Position numbers and translations under genes: made by a program | Source: Selaginella moellendorffii | Lineage: Eukaryota > Plantae > Lycopodiophyta | DNA: 13,199 bases | Direction: 5' to 3' | NCBI RefSeq assembly: GCF_000143415.4 | Contig: NW_003314556.1 | Coordinates: 1 to 13,199 of the forward strand | Part shown: positions 1 through 9,169 of the stretch, in pieces | How positions within the stretch are numbered: the stretch's first letter is position 1 | Layout of the letters: every line of letters begins with the position of its first letter | Notes under the pieces: model-generated | Told to the model about the DNA's origin: nothing | What the model saw: only the letters and a program-made list of their open reading frames with translations | Database searches by the model: none

Positions 1-1
1 T

Positions 2-1600
2 CGCGAGGAACACGTCCGAGTTGCAGCTGCTTACTCCCGCCGCCTGCGAGTGGAGCGCCATTCCCAGCTCCAGGGACTTCACTTTCACCAACCTGTTGCC
101 AACTCCCTGTCCCTGTTCCTTCTCTGCGATGCTGGCGCAGGCCTTCAGCGCAGCGACGAAGCTCCGGGCGTCCCGGACGCAGCCCTGCCGCTGCATTTGC
201 TCGTGCAGCTCCAGAGCCAGATGACCATCGCCGTTCTCCGCGTAGGCGAGCATCAGAACTGTCCACGAGACAGCATCACGCTGCTGCATGGCGTCGAAGA
301 CTCTGCGAGCGTCGCCCAAGCTTCCACACTTGGCGTAGACGTCCAGGAGAGCGTTCGTCACGTAGATGTCCGTGTCAAGCCCGGCATCTCTGGCTTCTCC
401 ATGCACCCGCGTTCCCCTCTCGAGGGCCTCGGCCTTGATGATCGAGTTCGTGTCCACTTGCCGCGAGCTTTCTTTCTCGGCAAGACCACTGCAAGCTCTC
501 AACGCGGCAACGAAGCTCCGGGAGTCCGGTGCTAAGCTTTGTTCGCGCAAACGCTCGAAGAGATCCAAGGCCAGCTCCTCTTCACCATTGTCGGCGTGTC
601 CCAGCATCAGCGCGTTCCAGGACACCACATTGTGGCAGCGCATGCGATCGAAAACTCTGCGGGAGTCCAGCAAGCTCCCACACCTTGCGTACAGGTCGAC
701 GAGAGTGTTGTTCACGAATATATCCGTCACGCAGTGCTGAAACCGAGCCGCCTGGGAGTGAAGACCCATCCCCTCCTCCAGCGCCACCATCTTGTCGCCA
801 CTTTGATCCGCTATACTGCCGCAGGCTTGAAACGCAGCGACGAAAGTTCGAGCGTTTGGACCGCAGCCTCGATCTCCTCCTCTCAACCGAGTGAATAACT
901 CCAGCGTCACCTGTGGCTCTCCATTCTCTGCGTATCCCAGAAGCAATGCGTTCCACACCACCACGTCGTGAGAAGGCATCCTGTCGAAGATGAGCCGAGC
1001 ATCAAGCATGCTGCCGCAGTTCGCATACATGTCCACCAGGATGCTCGAAACAAACACGTCTTCGCAGCCACTTCTCGAGGCCTGCGAGTGAATCGCCATG
1101 CCTTGCTCGAGAGTCCCCAGCTTGACACGCCTGCCGCCAACTTCCAGAGGCTTTTTTTTCGCTGCGGAGCCCGTGCACGCCTTGAGAGCGGCCACAAAAG
1201 TCTGAGCATCCGCTTGCTGAGAGCTCTCGTGTTGCATGCGTCGAAACAGCTCCAACCCGGTCTCGTATTCTCCGTTGTCGGCATAGCCCAAGATCAATGA
1301 AGTCCAGGACACCGCATTCCGGGACTCCATGGCGTCGAAGATCTCTCGAGCCTCCGCCACATTCCCACACTTTGCGTACATGTTGACGAGGCTACTGGCC
1401 ACGAAAATGTCGGAGTCCTTCCCGTATTTAACTGCATCTGCGTGAACTCTCCTTCCGTTTTCGATGTCGCTCGAGCTCGTCGAGGCTTTCAGCGCTGAAA
1501 GAAGAACGGGAACGCTTGGTTTCACCCGGTGGAGTGACTGTACGATGGCTTTTAAGATATCAGCTGGGCCTCGGAAGCTCTTGAACTTCCGCTGCAGCAT
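2..1600 (-). CDS. PLS-class pentatricopeptide repeat (PPR) protein, probable organellar RNA-editing factor; 3'-truncated by the window edge
   Basis: Manual translation from the ATG at 1600 stays open for 533 codons to the window edge. It contains repeating S-P-L triplets, e.g. IFVASSLVNMYAKCGNVAEAREIFDAMESRN / AVSWTSLILGYADNGEYETGLELFRRMQ / AQTFVAALKAC...LEQGMAIHSQA, with four S, four P and four long L motifs plus a first L-like motif. An in-frame TGA lies directly upstream of the ATG. Any E/DYW domain would be outside the window. Confidence 0.93.
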   Translation of the reverse strand, partial: MLQRKFKSFRGPADILKAIVQSLHRVKPSVPVLLSALKASTSSSDIENGRRVHADAVKYGKDSDIFVASSLVNMYAKCGNVAEAREIFDAMESRNAVSWTSLILGYADNGEYETGLELFRRMQHESSQQADAQTFVAALKACTGSAAKKKPLEVGGRRVKLGTLEQGMAIHSQASRSGCEDVFVSSILVDMYANCGSMLDARLIFDRMPSHDVVVWNALLLGYAENGEPQVTLELFTRLRGGDRGCGPNARTFVAAFQACGSIADQSGDKMVALEEGMGLHSQAARFQHCVTDIFVNNTLVDLYARCGSLLDSRRVFDRMRCHNVVSWNALMLGHADNGEEELALDLFERLREQSLAPDSRSFVAALRACSGLAEKESSRQVDTNSIIKAEALERGTRVHGEARDAGLDTDIYVTNALLDVYAKCGSLGDARRVFDAMQQRDAVSWTVLMLAYAENGDGHLALELHEQMQRQGCVRDARSFVAALKACASIAEKEQGQGVGNRLVKVKSLELGMALHSQAAGVSSCNSDVFLA

Positions 1601-1662
1601 TCAAGCACTGTCATACCTCGTCCCACCGAAGACCCAAACTCAGGAAAACCCTAGTAAAACCT

Positions 1663-1836
1663 CTGTAGAGTTACAGATAGCAACATTGATCAGTTTGACA
1701 TTTTTTAAAACGTACCAATGTATCAAACCTCGATTTTTCGTGAATTTGCCGGTAACAGTGAACCTATCGATTGTCGACACTGTAACTTGGAAGAGCAAAT
1801 CACTGTTAACAAAAAACGGAAAAGAAAAATACATAC
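1663..1836 (-). other. Two probable GT-AG introns upstream of the PPR ATG (about 1836-1786 or 1780, and 1715-1663 or 1651)
   Basis: The donors are GAG|gtatgt at 1836 and TTG|gtacgt at 1715. Both have T-rich bodies and candidate acceptors (ttccaag/ttacag and ctctacag/ttactag). Lengths of 51-65 nt match the other introns in the window. Confidence 0.5.
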
Positions 1837-1959
1837 CTCTTCCAGATAATTCCATTCGAGACACTGCATATTTTCCGGAAAGCTTCGAAGAAAAAGGAAA
1901 AACGGTTCTTAGCATTTCTTCGTCTTGTCTTCTAAAGGAAGGCTCTTTGTTCCAACGCC

Positions 1960-1967
1960 ATATATAT
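1960..1967 (-). promoter_or_regulatory. Candidate TATA box for the PPR transcript
   Basis: ATATATAT lies about 45 nt upstream of the first leader ATG (1915) and upstream of the putative leader introns. This is a motif match only. Confidence 0.35.
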
Positions 1968-2218
1968 TGACGGAAAACAGGCAAAGAAAAAGAGCCAAGC
2001 CAGCGAAGGAGCGCTTGCCTGGATAAAGGCTTGAGGATGCCCGGATGACGGCAGGGAGCGTATGTGGAGCTGGAGATGCTCAGTAAAGGGCTGGGTCCGC
2101 TCCTTCAAGGACCAAAAACCATGCTAGGTCCTTTGCTCCAAGTACAGTGGTCTGATATCAATAACTCACATCAGTTCGTTTGTAAGGAAGCTTAAAAGAA
2201 TTTAGACGTACCCATTCC

Positions 2219-5200
2219 TTATGCTGAAGCAACTTTGAGGGTAAGCTTCACGTTCATGGCTGCCAATTCTGCTGCGAGATACCGGAAGACGAATGGCATG
2301 GCAACCTTGACGACTCCAGCATTCGACTGGCAGACTTTGCAGGTAGCCTTCTTGGGTTTGTTCCGAGCACCGACTGCGGGCTGCTTTGAGGGTACCATCA
2401 GAGTTGACAGCAGACTCCCGCAAGTGGTGCACACGTCTCCAACGTGGTAGTCGGAGGATGTGTGCAATCGATCGTGTAGTAAATACGCTGCACCGTGTGC
2501 AAGTAGCGAGTCACGCTCCATCTCTCCAAAACGTATGCCTCCACCGAGCTTGCGACCACCTACTGGCTGTCTAGTGACGGGATTGATAGCACCGAGCGAG
2601 CGGACCTGGGATAAAGACCACATTAATCCGATTTTCAGTTCTCCGAGTTGAGTTACCTGAAACTTGTCCGAAACCATATGTCGCAGTCGCTGATAATACA
2701 CAACACCGATGAAGATCTCACAGGTGAGTTCCGTTCCTAGCAAACCGCTGTACATAACCTCGGTGCCATGGTAATTGAAACCGTGCTGTGCCAGCTGCTC
2801 CCCAAACTCACTAATCGCGGGATAATGCTTATCTTTACCCTTGTAGCCGCTTCCTGTTTTACCATCTTTTGCATCTAAAGCTGCTGAGCTGCTTCTAAAG
2901 GGAGTCGAATCCACGTACTCGCCTCGAAGAACGCCGGCCTAAAATAGGCATGAAGCATAAGGAGCACATCGCTAGTTCGCTAGTACCTTGGCAGCCATAG
3001 ACTCCATAAGCATACCGATCGTCATACGAGACGGGAATGCGTGGGGATTGATAATAATATCGGGACGCATCCCGGTGACAGCCGAAAATGGCATGTCGAT
3101 ATCTGGCCACAACTGTGACAGAATTCCTTTCTGTCCATGGCGACTGCTGAACTTGTCACCAATAACCGGGTTTCGATCATGGCGGAACTTCACAGCGATC
3201 TGCAGAGAAAGCCAATTATTGGCATGCATCGAGATAAGGAGATTGTGACCTTTTGAAGTGGGTCTCTGCCATGCCCGATGGCAATGACGGAATCTATGAC
3301 GACATTTTCTGCAGCTTTAAGCTTATGTAGCTTCGCATCACCAGTCATTGTATTCAAAACACTGCAATAAGGATCTCCATTATGCATAGTCTGCAGAGAA
3401 AACGATTAATAGCATTTCGAGCGGATTTAATCAGACCTGGCCAATGTGTGGAAGACCGTCCACGTCAAGAAAATTATGTATATTTCTCTTCCCAGTTGGT
3501 CTTGAAAAGAGGTTCACAATTCCATCAGATTTTTTTTGCAGCAAACTTAAATCGACATGCTCGGTCTAAAAAGAAAAAACATATCAATTTACAAAGGACA
3601 AAGCAAAAATCACTGTCAAACAGCACCTTATAGATTTGTCCATGTGCTAAACCTCTCTCCATCGATGATTTGTTCATAATCATAGCATCTTCCATGTCAA
3701 AACTACATGAAAACCACTCAAATTCAAACCTTAAAATGGATCTCAGTTAGCTTTACCCTGTGTACGCTAACACTGCAACAACAGCGTTGGTGCCAAGTGG
3801 AAATTCGTCCATGTTGTACTTTTTGTAATTAACGTTGCGCGCAACAGGAGACTGAGGGTTCTACAAGAAAAGCAAAGAATATGGCTAACACAAAGAACAC
3901 TTAAATCTAGTCTTACCTGAAGATTGTACATTTTGTGATCCGTTCTAAACTTCAAAGCCTGTGAAGCAAAGCCTAGCGTTTGTTTTCCCATCTGTAGAAA
4001 CTGTTAGAAAAACTAAACGTGATGTAGCGCTCGTATAAACCTGGCACTGGTACATATTTCGAGGACTTTGATTGTGATCCGACCAAGGTGTTGAGCTTGC
4101 AACCACACTCAACATAGCCGTCGGATGCAGTTCAATGTGAGTTGCTGGTGGAGCTGAAGGTGTTCGACCGCAATTTCCTCCGTCGGGGCATGCAATTTCC
4201 ATGTATGCCTGCACATAGAAGCTTAAAAGTGAGCTTATAAAAAATTATAAAACCTGTTCGAAGGCAGAGATAAGTTCAATAGCTCCTGTATCAAGTTGCT
4301 TCACTGGGCGAAGAAACCGTGATGGCGTCGTGTACAGAAACAAGCCAGGGTAAGCTCCAGCATACGTGCAAGGAACATATCCAATCTCTAGATCGATAGG
4401 GACCTGCACTAACACGTTAGTTCAAGCAGAACAGCAGTAAAAAACGGTGGCAACCTGAGAACCCTTGGTCACTTTCAAACTTCGTAAGTGAGAAACGGTT
4501 TGAGGTATGTTTCCAACCGGCATATAGCCGAGTACACACCCGTCAAGGAGAACCGCCAGATACTTGGGAGGGCCTGACAACGCCAATAAAGGTGAAATCG
4601 AAACCATGCCGAGTTGAGCTAACACCGTAGCAATAGTTCGATGAATAACCTTGGGGTCCTTGGGATGATTATTTTGATCGAGGTCAGTGGAAATTTCTGA
4701 ACAACAGAAAACCGAGTTAGTTCCCGTGACATTGAGCAAAATAAAAAGCTTACTGCACAATGAGCTTAAATGAGTGAGCAACCCACAAGGTTCACCATCG
4801 GGAGTGTGAACGGGGCAAAGAAATCCCCACGATCTACACATCCATAAAGTTAAAGGGACTGGAGTAGAATCAGTGTCCTTACTCTGGTAGTAGCTTGCGC
4901 ACGGATGTAGTTCTCTGTCTTGCAAAAAAAGCTCCCCTATGGACGGAACGAAAATGAGATATGAATCTGAAAAAATTCAGCTTTTCGGCTACCACGCTAA
5001 AACCATTTGCCTAAAGATGAGAAAATGAGCACCACAAAGAAACACGTTGTACTCAACCTGCTGAAGGTCCATATGCGACTGGGATTGAATATTTCCAGTG
5101 CTTAATAAATATTCAATCCGTTTGCCTATATCCACAGCATTATTTTTCTCCACAATTTTTAAAACCTTTGCATCTGAAAAGAGAAGTTTGGCCGCCATCA

Positions 5201-7153
5201 GAAAATGAAAACGCAAATCATACGGTCGCTTAAGTCGAACTCTTCCTTGAGTTGCATTTCCCTTTGCAACAACCTCTTGCACCTGTAAAGCCAGTCTTCT
5301 AGTCTATCCTGAAATACATATTTGTAACCAAAGCAGAACATTATTTGTAATGTTTACCTTCAAATAGATATTCATCAGATGTCCGGGTAGTAAGAGCTCC
5401 TGATGTTGTAAAGTATCGGAACTATCAATCGAGGCCGACCCATCCACAACCGCAAAAAGCTTGTGCAGCATATGACTGAGCTAAAAAACACAATTAGACC
5501 AAGAAAACACACCAATCAACTTACATGAGCAAGTTAAACTTATCACGGAAATTGTCCAAATGTACAAAGACAAATCTCCTCAGAACATCCTCTCCGACCT
5601 GAGGATGCGAAGACGAGTCAAACACTTATGAAATAACGCTAGTCTTACCTCGGCGTTGGACATACTAGACAGCGCCTCCAAAGGAGTCCGAAATGTTTCA
5701 CCTGGTTTACAGTTCGCATATAAAAGATAAAAACAAAACAAAAAAAAAGTATTTCCATCAGGCTTACCAATATAACGAAGGCAATCCAAACGTGTAAGGC
5801 AAGGTTGTCGTTGCGTCTCTTCAATAATGATTCTTGCTCTTTGACTTATAAGCTGGCTTCCAACTGCACCTTTGGACTGCTCTTGCCCTTGGACGTGGAT
5901 GCCACTCAGCTGCTCGAAAATTTCTCGGTCACTTGTGTCCATGAACGCCTGCACGGACAGTCAGTAAACAAAAGATGCAGGTAACGTAGCAGCACCTTCA
6001 AAATTATTCCGACCGGAATCACAAACTCCTGCCTCCGAATCCTGAAAACATTTGCTCAGTCGTAACAAGCAATAACAATGTTGTGACTTACACAAAACCA
6101 AGCCTAGCCGTGCCATGATGCAGGTAGTAAAGTTTGATAGTTGACCCTGTTTGGTCTGGTCTCACACATCTGAACAAACACAGTAACAAAAGGGCCCATA
6201 AAACCGCCTATGTATACCTCATCATCAACCCGATGTCAGAGAATCCTGCTCCTCTGTTTTGAAACGCATTTCTCCTTATAGCAATTATCTGTTCAAACAC
6301 ATCCCAAAGTTCAAGCGCCATGATATTTTCTATGCGACCATACATGATTTCGTTTCGGTACAATGAGCATTCGTATGATTCTTTCAATTCCTTTCACAAT
6401 GAAGTACCTACAAACAAGTAGCTGAGTTACTATCAGGAAAGGTTTGAAGGTAGAGACCATACCCTCCCATCTCCGTGCCCTCCTCTTTCAAAGAAATAAG
6501 CTTTTGTGGCGACAAGCCTCTCAAATGGCAAAGGCTCGACTACAAGAATTTACTCAAATTTAAGGAAGAAATGAGAGCAGAAACCAAATACCTTCAACAT
6601 TATAGGCAGCTTTCCAAGCGAAAGTTGATGGTGTCTAGTCATTGAACCGTAATCCAAGATAAGCTGGATATTGAGCGCGCCAGTATAGCTCAAGAACCCT
6701 TGCCGGCACTACGATAAAATAAACTATAAGGAAGAAGAATCAAAGAAAAAAACTACTGCTCACACCTCCTTTGGAAGAAGACGATGCTCCATTGCCTTCT
6801 CCTTGAGATCCTTCACGGGCGGTTGGACAACAGGCTTGTCGAGCGTCAGTGCCAAAACAACGTCAAGGGAAAATCCAAAATCTCCAGAATGAAATCCATC
6901 TAGCAGTGCAAGGCAATGCGCCTATACTCATCCAAAGGATATAAATCAGCTTATTCCCAGTCGAACCCTGCTCGATCTCCACCGGCGCGATCCCCTTCAC
7001 TGCTTCCACCAGTCCCCGCTGCACGAAGTAGTCGAAGGAATCGATGTGAGGCGAGACGAGATCCTCCAGCGCCTTGTACGCTGCGGAATCGGGAATGCGC
7101 GGCGGTCGAGATGTCGTCGCGCCGTCCTTCTCCTTCTTCCTCTTCTTCTCCAT
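2219..7153 (-). CDS. NRPA2: DNA-directed RNA polymerase I second-largest subunit (RPA2/RPA135 family), about 27 exons
   Basis: Manual splicing gives a continuous frame from the ATG at 7153 to TAA at 2219-2221. Motifs include [145 protein letters not shown] and a C-terminal CTTC...CKVC zinc site. The [31 protein letters not shown] and [11 protein letters not shown] variants are Pol I type. First exons are 7153-6943, 6848-6766, 6708-6592, 6539-6463, 6407-6344, 6288-6218 and 6169-6092. Confidence 0.96.
6849..6942 (-). other. U12-type (minor spliceosome) AT-AC intron, intron 1 of NRPA2
   Basis: The 5' end is ATATCCTTT (6942-6934), the branch-site-like sequence is TTTTCCCTTGAC (6873-6862), and the terminal AC is at 6850-6849. 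Removing it joins ...[16 protein letters not shown]...LLPKE in frame. Confidence 0.9.
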
Positions 7154-7426
7154 GCCTAGAACCCTAAACCCGCAAAACCCTGGTTATAAACGTGATACCT
7201 TTATATGCCATATTTTCCTCGTCGGCGTCTCATTCGTGCCAGGTGTCGCGCTTTTGGTTCGTTGGCCAGGGTTTCTAAAGAGTAGCGTCACTCTTGCTGC
7301 GGTGCCCCACTCTCTTCGCTCGATCGATCTGCAGTAGGGTAAGTAGAGCGCAGCGCCGCATTTCCATCGATTTTACTCGCTCAGCCGATCGCCTTGATCT
7401 AAAAGGTAGATCCTAGATCGCGACAG
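7154..7426. promoter_or_regulatory. Compact divergent (bidirectional) promoter region between NRPA2 and fructokinase
   Basis: Only 273 bp separate the two opposed start codons. The region contains telo-box-like AACCCTAA (7160-7167) and AAAACCCT (7174-7181), TATAAA (7185-7190), and a probable fructokinase 5'UTR intron donor AGG|gtaagt at 7339. Confidence 0.6.
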
Positions 7427-8998
7427 ATGGCCGCGTCTCCTGCTTCTCAGATCTCGCAGCTTTCGACGGGATTGCCGCGGCAGAGCTTCCTGTTTGGGGA
7501 TAGACCGCAGTGCTTGAATCTGAGGAGAAGTAGCTCGAGCTCCAATTGTCTCTCATCGTCAAAATCAGGTACTGGAGCTCTGTTCTACCTTTTTCTTCTC
7601 CTGGCTTGATGGACGCTTCACTGTGTAGGATCTCCTAGAGCGGTGGATTCCGTGAGAGATCCCAGCTCCAATCTAGTGGTGTGTTTTGGAGAGATGCTTA
7701 TAGACTTCGTTCCAACAGTAGGGGAAGTTTCTTTGGCCGATGCTCCAGCGTTTAAGAAAGCTCCTGGAGGAGCTCCAGCCAATGTTGCTGTTGGTATCTC
7801 TCGGCTGGATGGAAACTCTGCTTTCATCGGTAAGGTGACAATCTAATCTATGATCACCTTTTCCAGCTTTCAAACAAAATTTTCTAAGTTTTTTGGTTCT
7901 CCACCACTTTGCTTTTACCAGGTTGGAGAGGATGAATTTGGTTTCATGCTCGTGGACATTCTCAAAGAGAACAAGGTGGAAAGCAAAGGCATGCGTTTTG
8001 ATCCCGGTGCTCGCACGGCTCTCGCGTTTGTGACTCTCCGCAAGGATGGCGAGCGCGAGTTTATGTTTTACCGCAATCCTAGCGCGGATATGTTACTTAA
8101 GCCTGAGGAGCTTGACGCTGACCTTATCAAGCAGGTATCAAAAGTATTACTTCACATCACTTGCGTTCTTACTTGGCGTGATAACTTCCAGGCATCCATT
8201 TTTCACTACGGCTCTATCAGTCTCATCGCGGAGCCTTGCAGATCCGCTCACTTGGCCGCGATGAAAATTGCCAGAGAAGCTGGAGCGGTCCTCTCGTATG
8301 ACCCCAACTTAAGACTTCCGTTGTGGAGCTCGGCAGAGGCTGCGCGCACAGGCATCAAAAGCATTTGGAACGAAGCCGATATCATCAAGGTTTGTGTGAA
8401 TGAGTTCTTTTATTTTTCAAAGGTCTTAAGTTTCCAAGTTTCTAAGTTTGCTCGGTGGCTTTAAAATTTGAAGATAAGTGAGGAGGAGATCACATTTCTA
8501 ACTGAAGGAGGTGACCCTTACAGCGATGAAGCAGCTCAAGCTCTCATGCATCCAAACTTGAAGCTCTTGCTAGTGACCGAAGGCGAAGGCGGCTGCCGCT
8601 ATTACACAAAGGTTCCAGTTTTTCTTTTGTTTAGCCTTGTCTTTCCTTGGTTTTTCATGTTCGCTTACTGTTACAGGAGTTTCTTGGTCGTGTGGACGGT
8701 ATCAAAGTCGACGCCGTCGACACAACAGGCGCAGGCGATGCGTTCGTCGCTGGAGCCTTAACTCAGCTCGTAAAAGAGCCATCCTTGTACAAGGTAAGAT
8801 TCGTTGCGTTCCTAGAAATGGAGAATGAATCAAATGTTTTTGTGTCAGGACGAACCGAGGCTGAGAGAAGCTCTCCTCTTTGCAAATGCTTGCGGTGCGA
8901 TCGCAACTACGGAGAGGGGAGCAATCCCCGCCCTGCCGTCGAAATCCGCAGCGTTTCAACTTATAGAAAAGTCGTCTGCCAAAGTCTTGCAGCCATGA
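7427..8998 (+). CDS. FRK: Fructokinase (pfkB carbohydrate kinase family), probably plastid-targeted, 7 coding exons
   Basis: Exons are 7427-7568, 7629-7834, 7922-8134, 8192-8389, 8474-8611, 8677-8793 and 8849-8998; all introns are GT-AG and phase-consistent. Motifs include [79 protein letters not shown], the pfkB signature DTTGAGDAF and [19 protein letters not shown]. Exon 1 is Ser-rich and poor in acidic residues, like a transit peptide. Confidence 0.95.
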
Positions 8999-9169
8999 AA
9001 GTTTTAAGAACACAATTTTTCCTCTTTTTTATCCTGCTTTGGAACTTTTACATTTAAGATATTTAATCGCGAACTCTAAAGTGTTATAGATCCCGTGGCA
9101 GCACCGAAACAGTCTAACCAAGTCAATCCTACTTTTATTGACAAGAAGAACACACGAGTCCCCACAGCA

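Noticed and set aside
21-1370. Many overlapping ORF-track ORFs on both strands (67-161 aa)
   Set aside because: They are antisense or alternative-frame shadows of the GC-rich PPR coding sequence. The real frame (1600 to 2, minus) is missing from the track only because it has no stop in the window.
1464-1984. 168-aa plus ORF and 114-aa minus ORF as stand-alone genes
   Set aside because: Neither has a recognisable domain. The minus ORF reads through intron-like T-rich segments, and the plus ORF is antisense to the PPR start and leader.
2040-2156. U3 or C/D snoRNA, SECIS or TPP riboswitch (GATGA...GAGCGT...CTGA)
   Set aside because: There is no proper box C with terminal stem, no U3 5' domain, no SECIS apical AA at the right spacing and no TPP aptamer core. 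The matches are short enough to be chance.
2219-7153. Fragmented polymerase ORFs as a pseudogene, or as Pol II/III/IV subunit 2
   Set aside because: Every break is explained by a phase-consistent intron, and the diagnostic motifs are Pol I type.
7160-7181. Telomeric repeat array or telomerase RNA template
   Set aside because: These are only single or degenerate AAACCCT units next to start codons (also at about 1646-1653, 12546 and 12583), which is the telo-box pattern. I saw no USE-TATA Pol III promoter.
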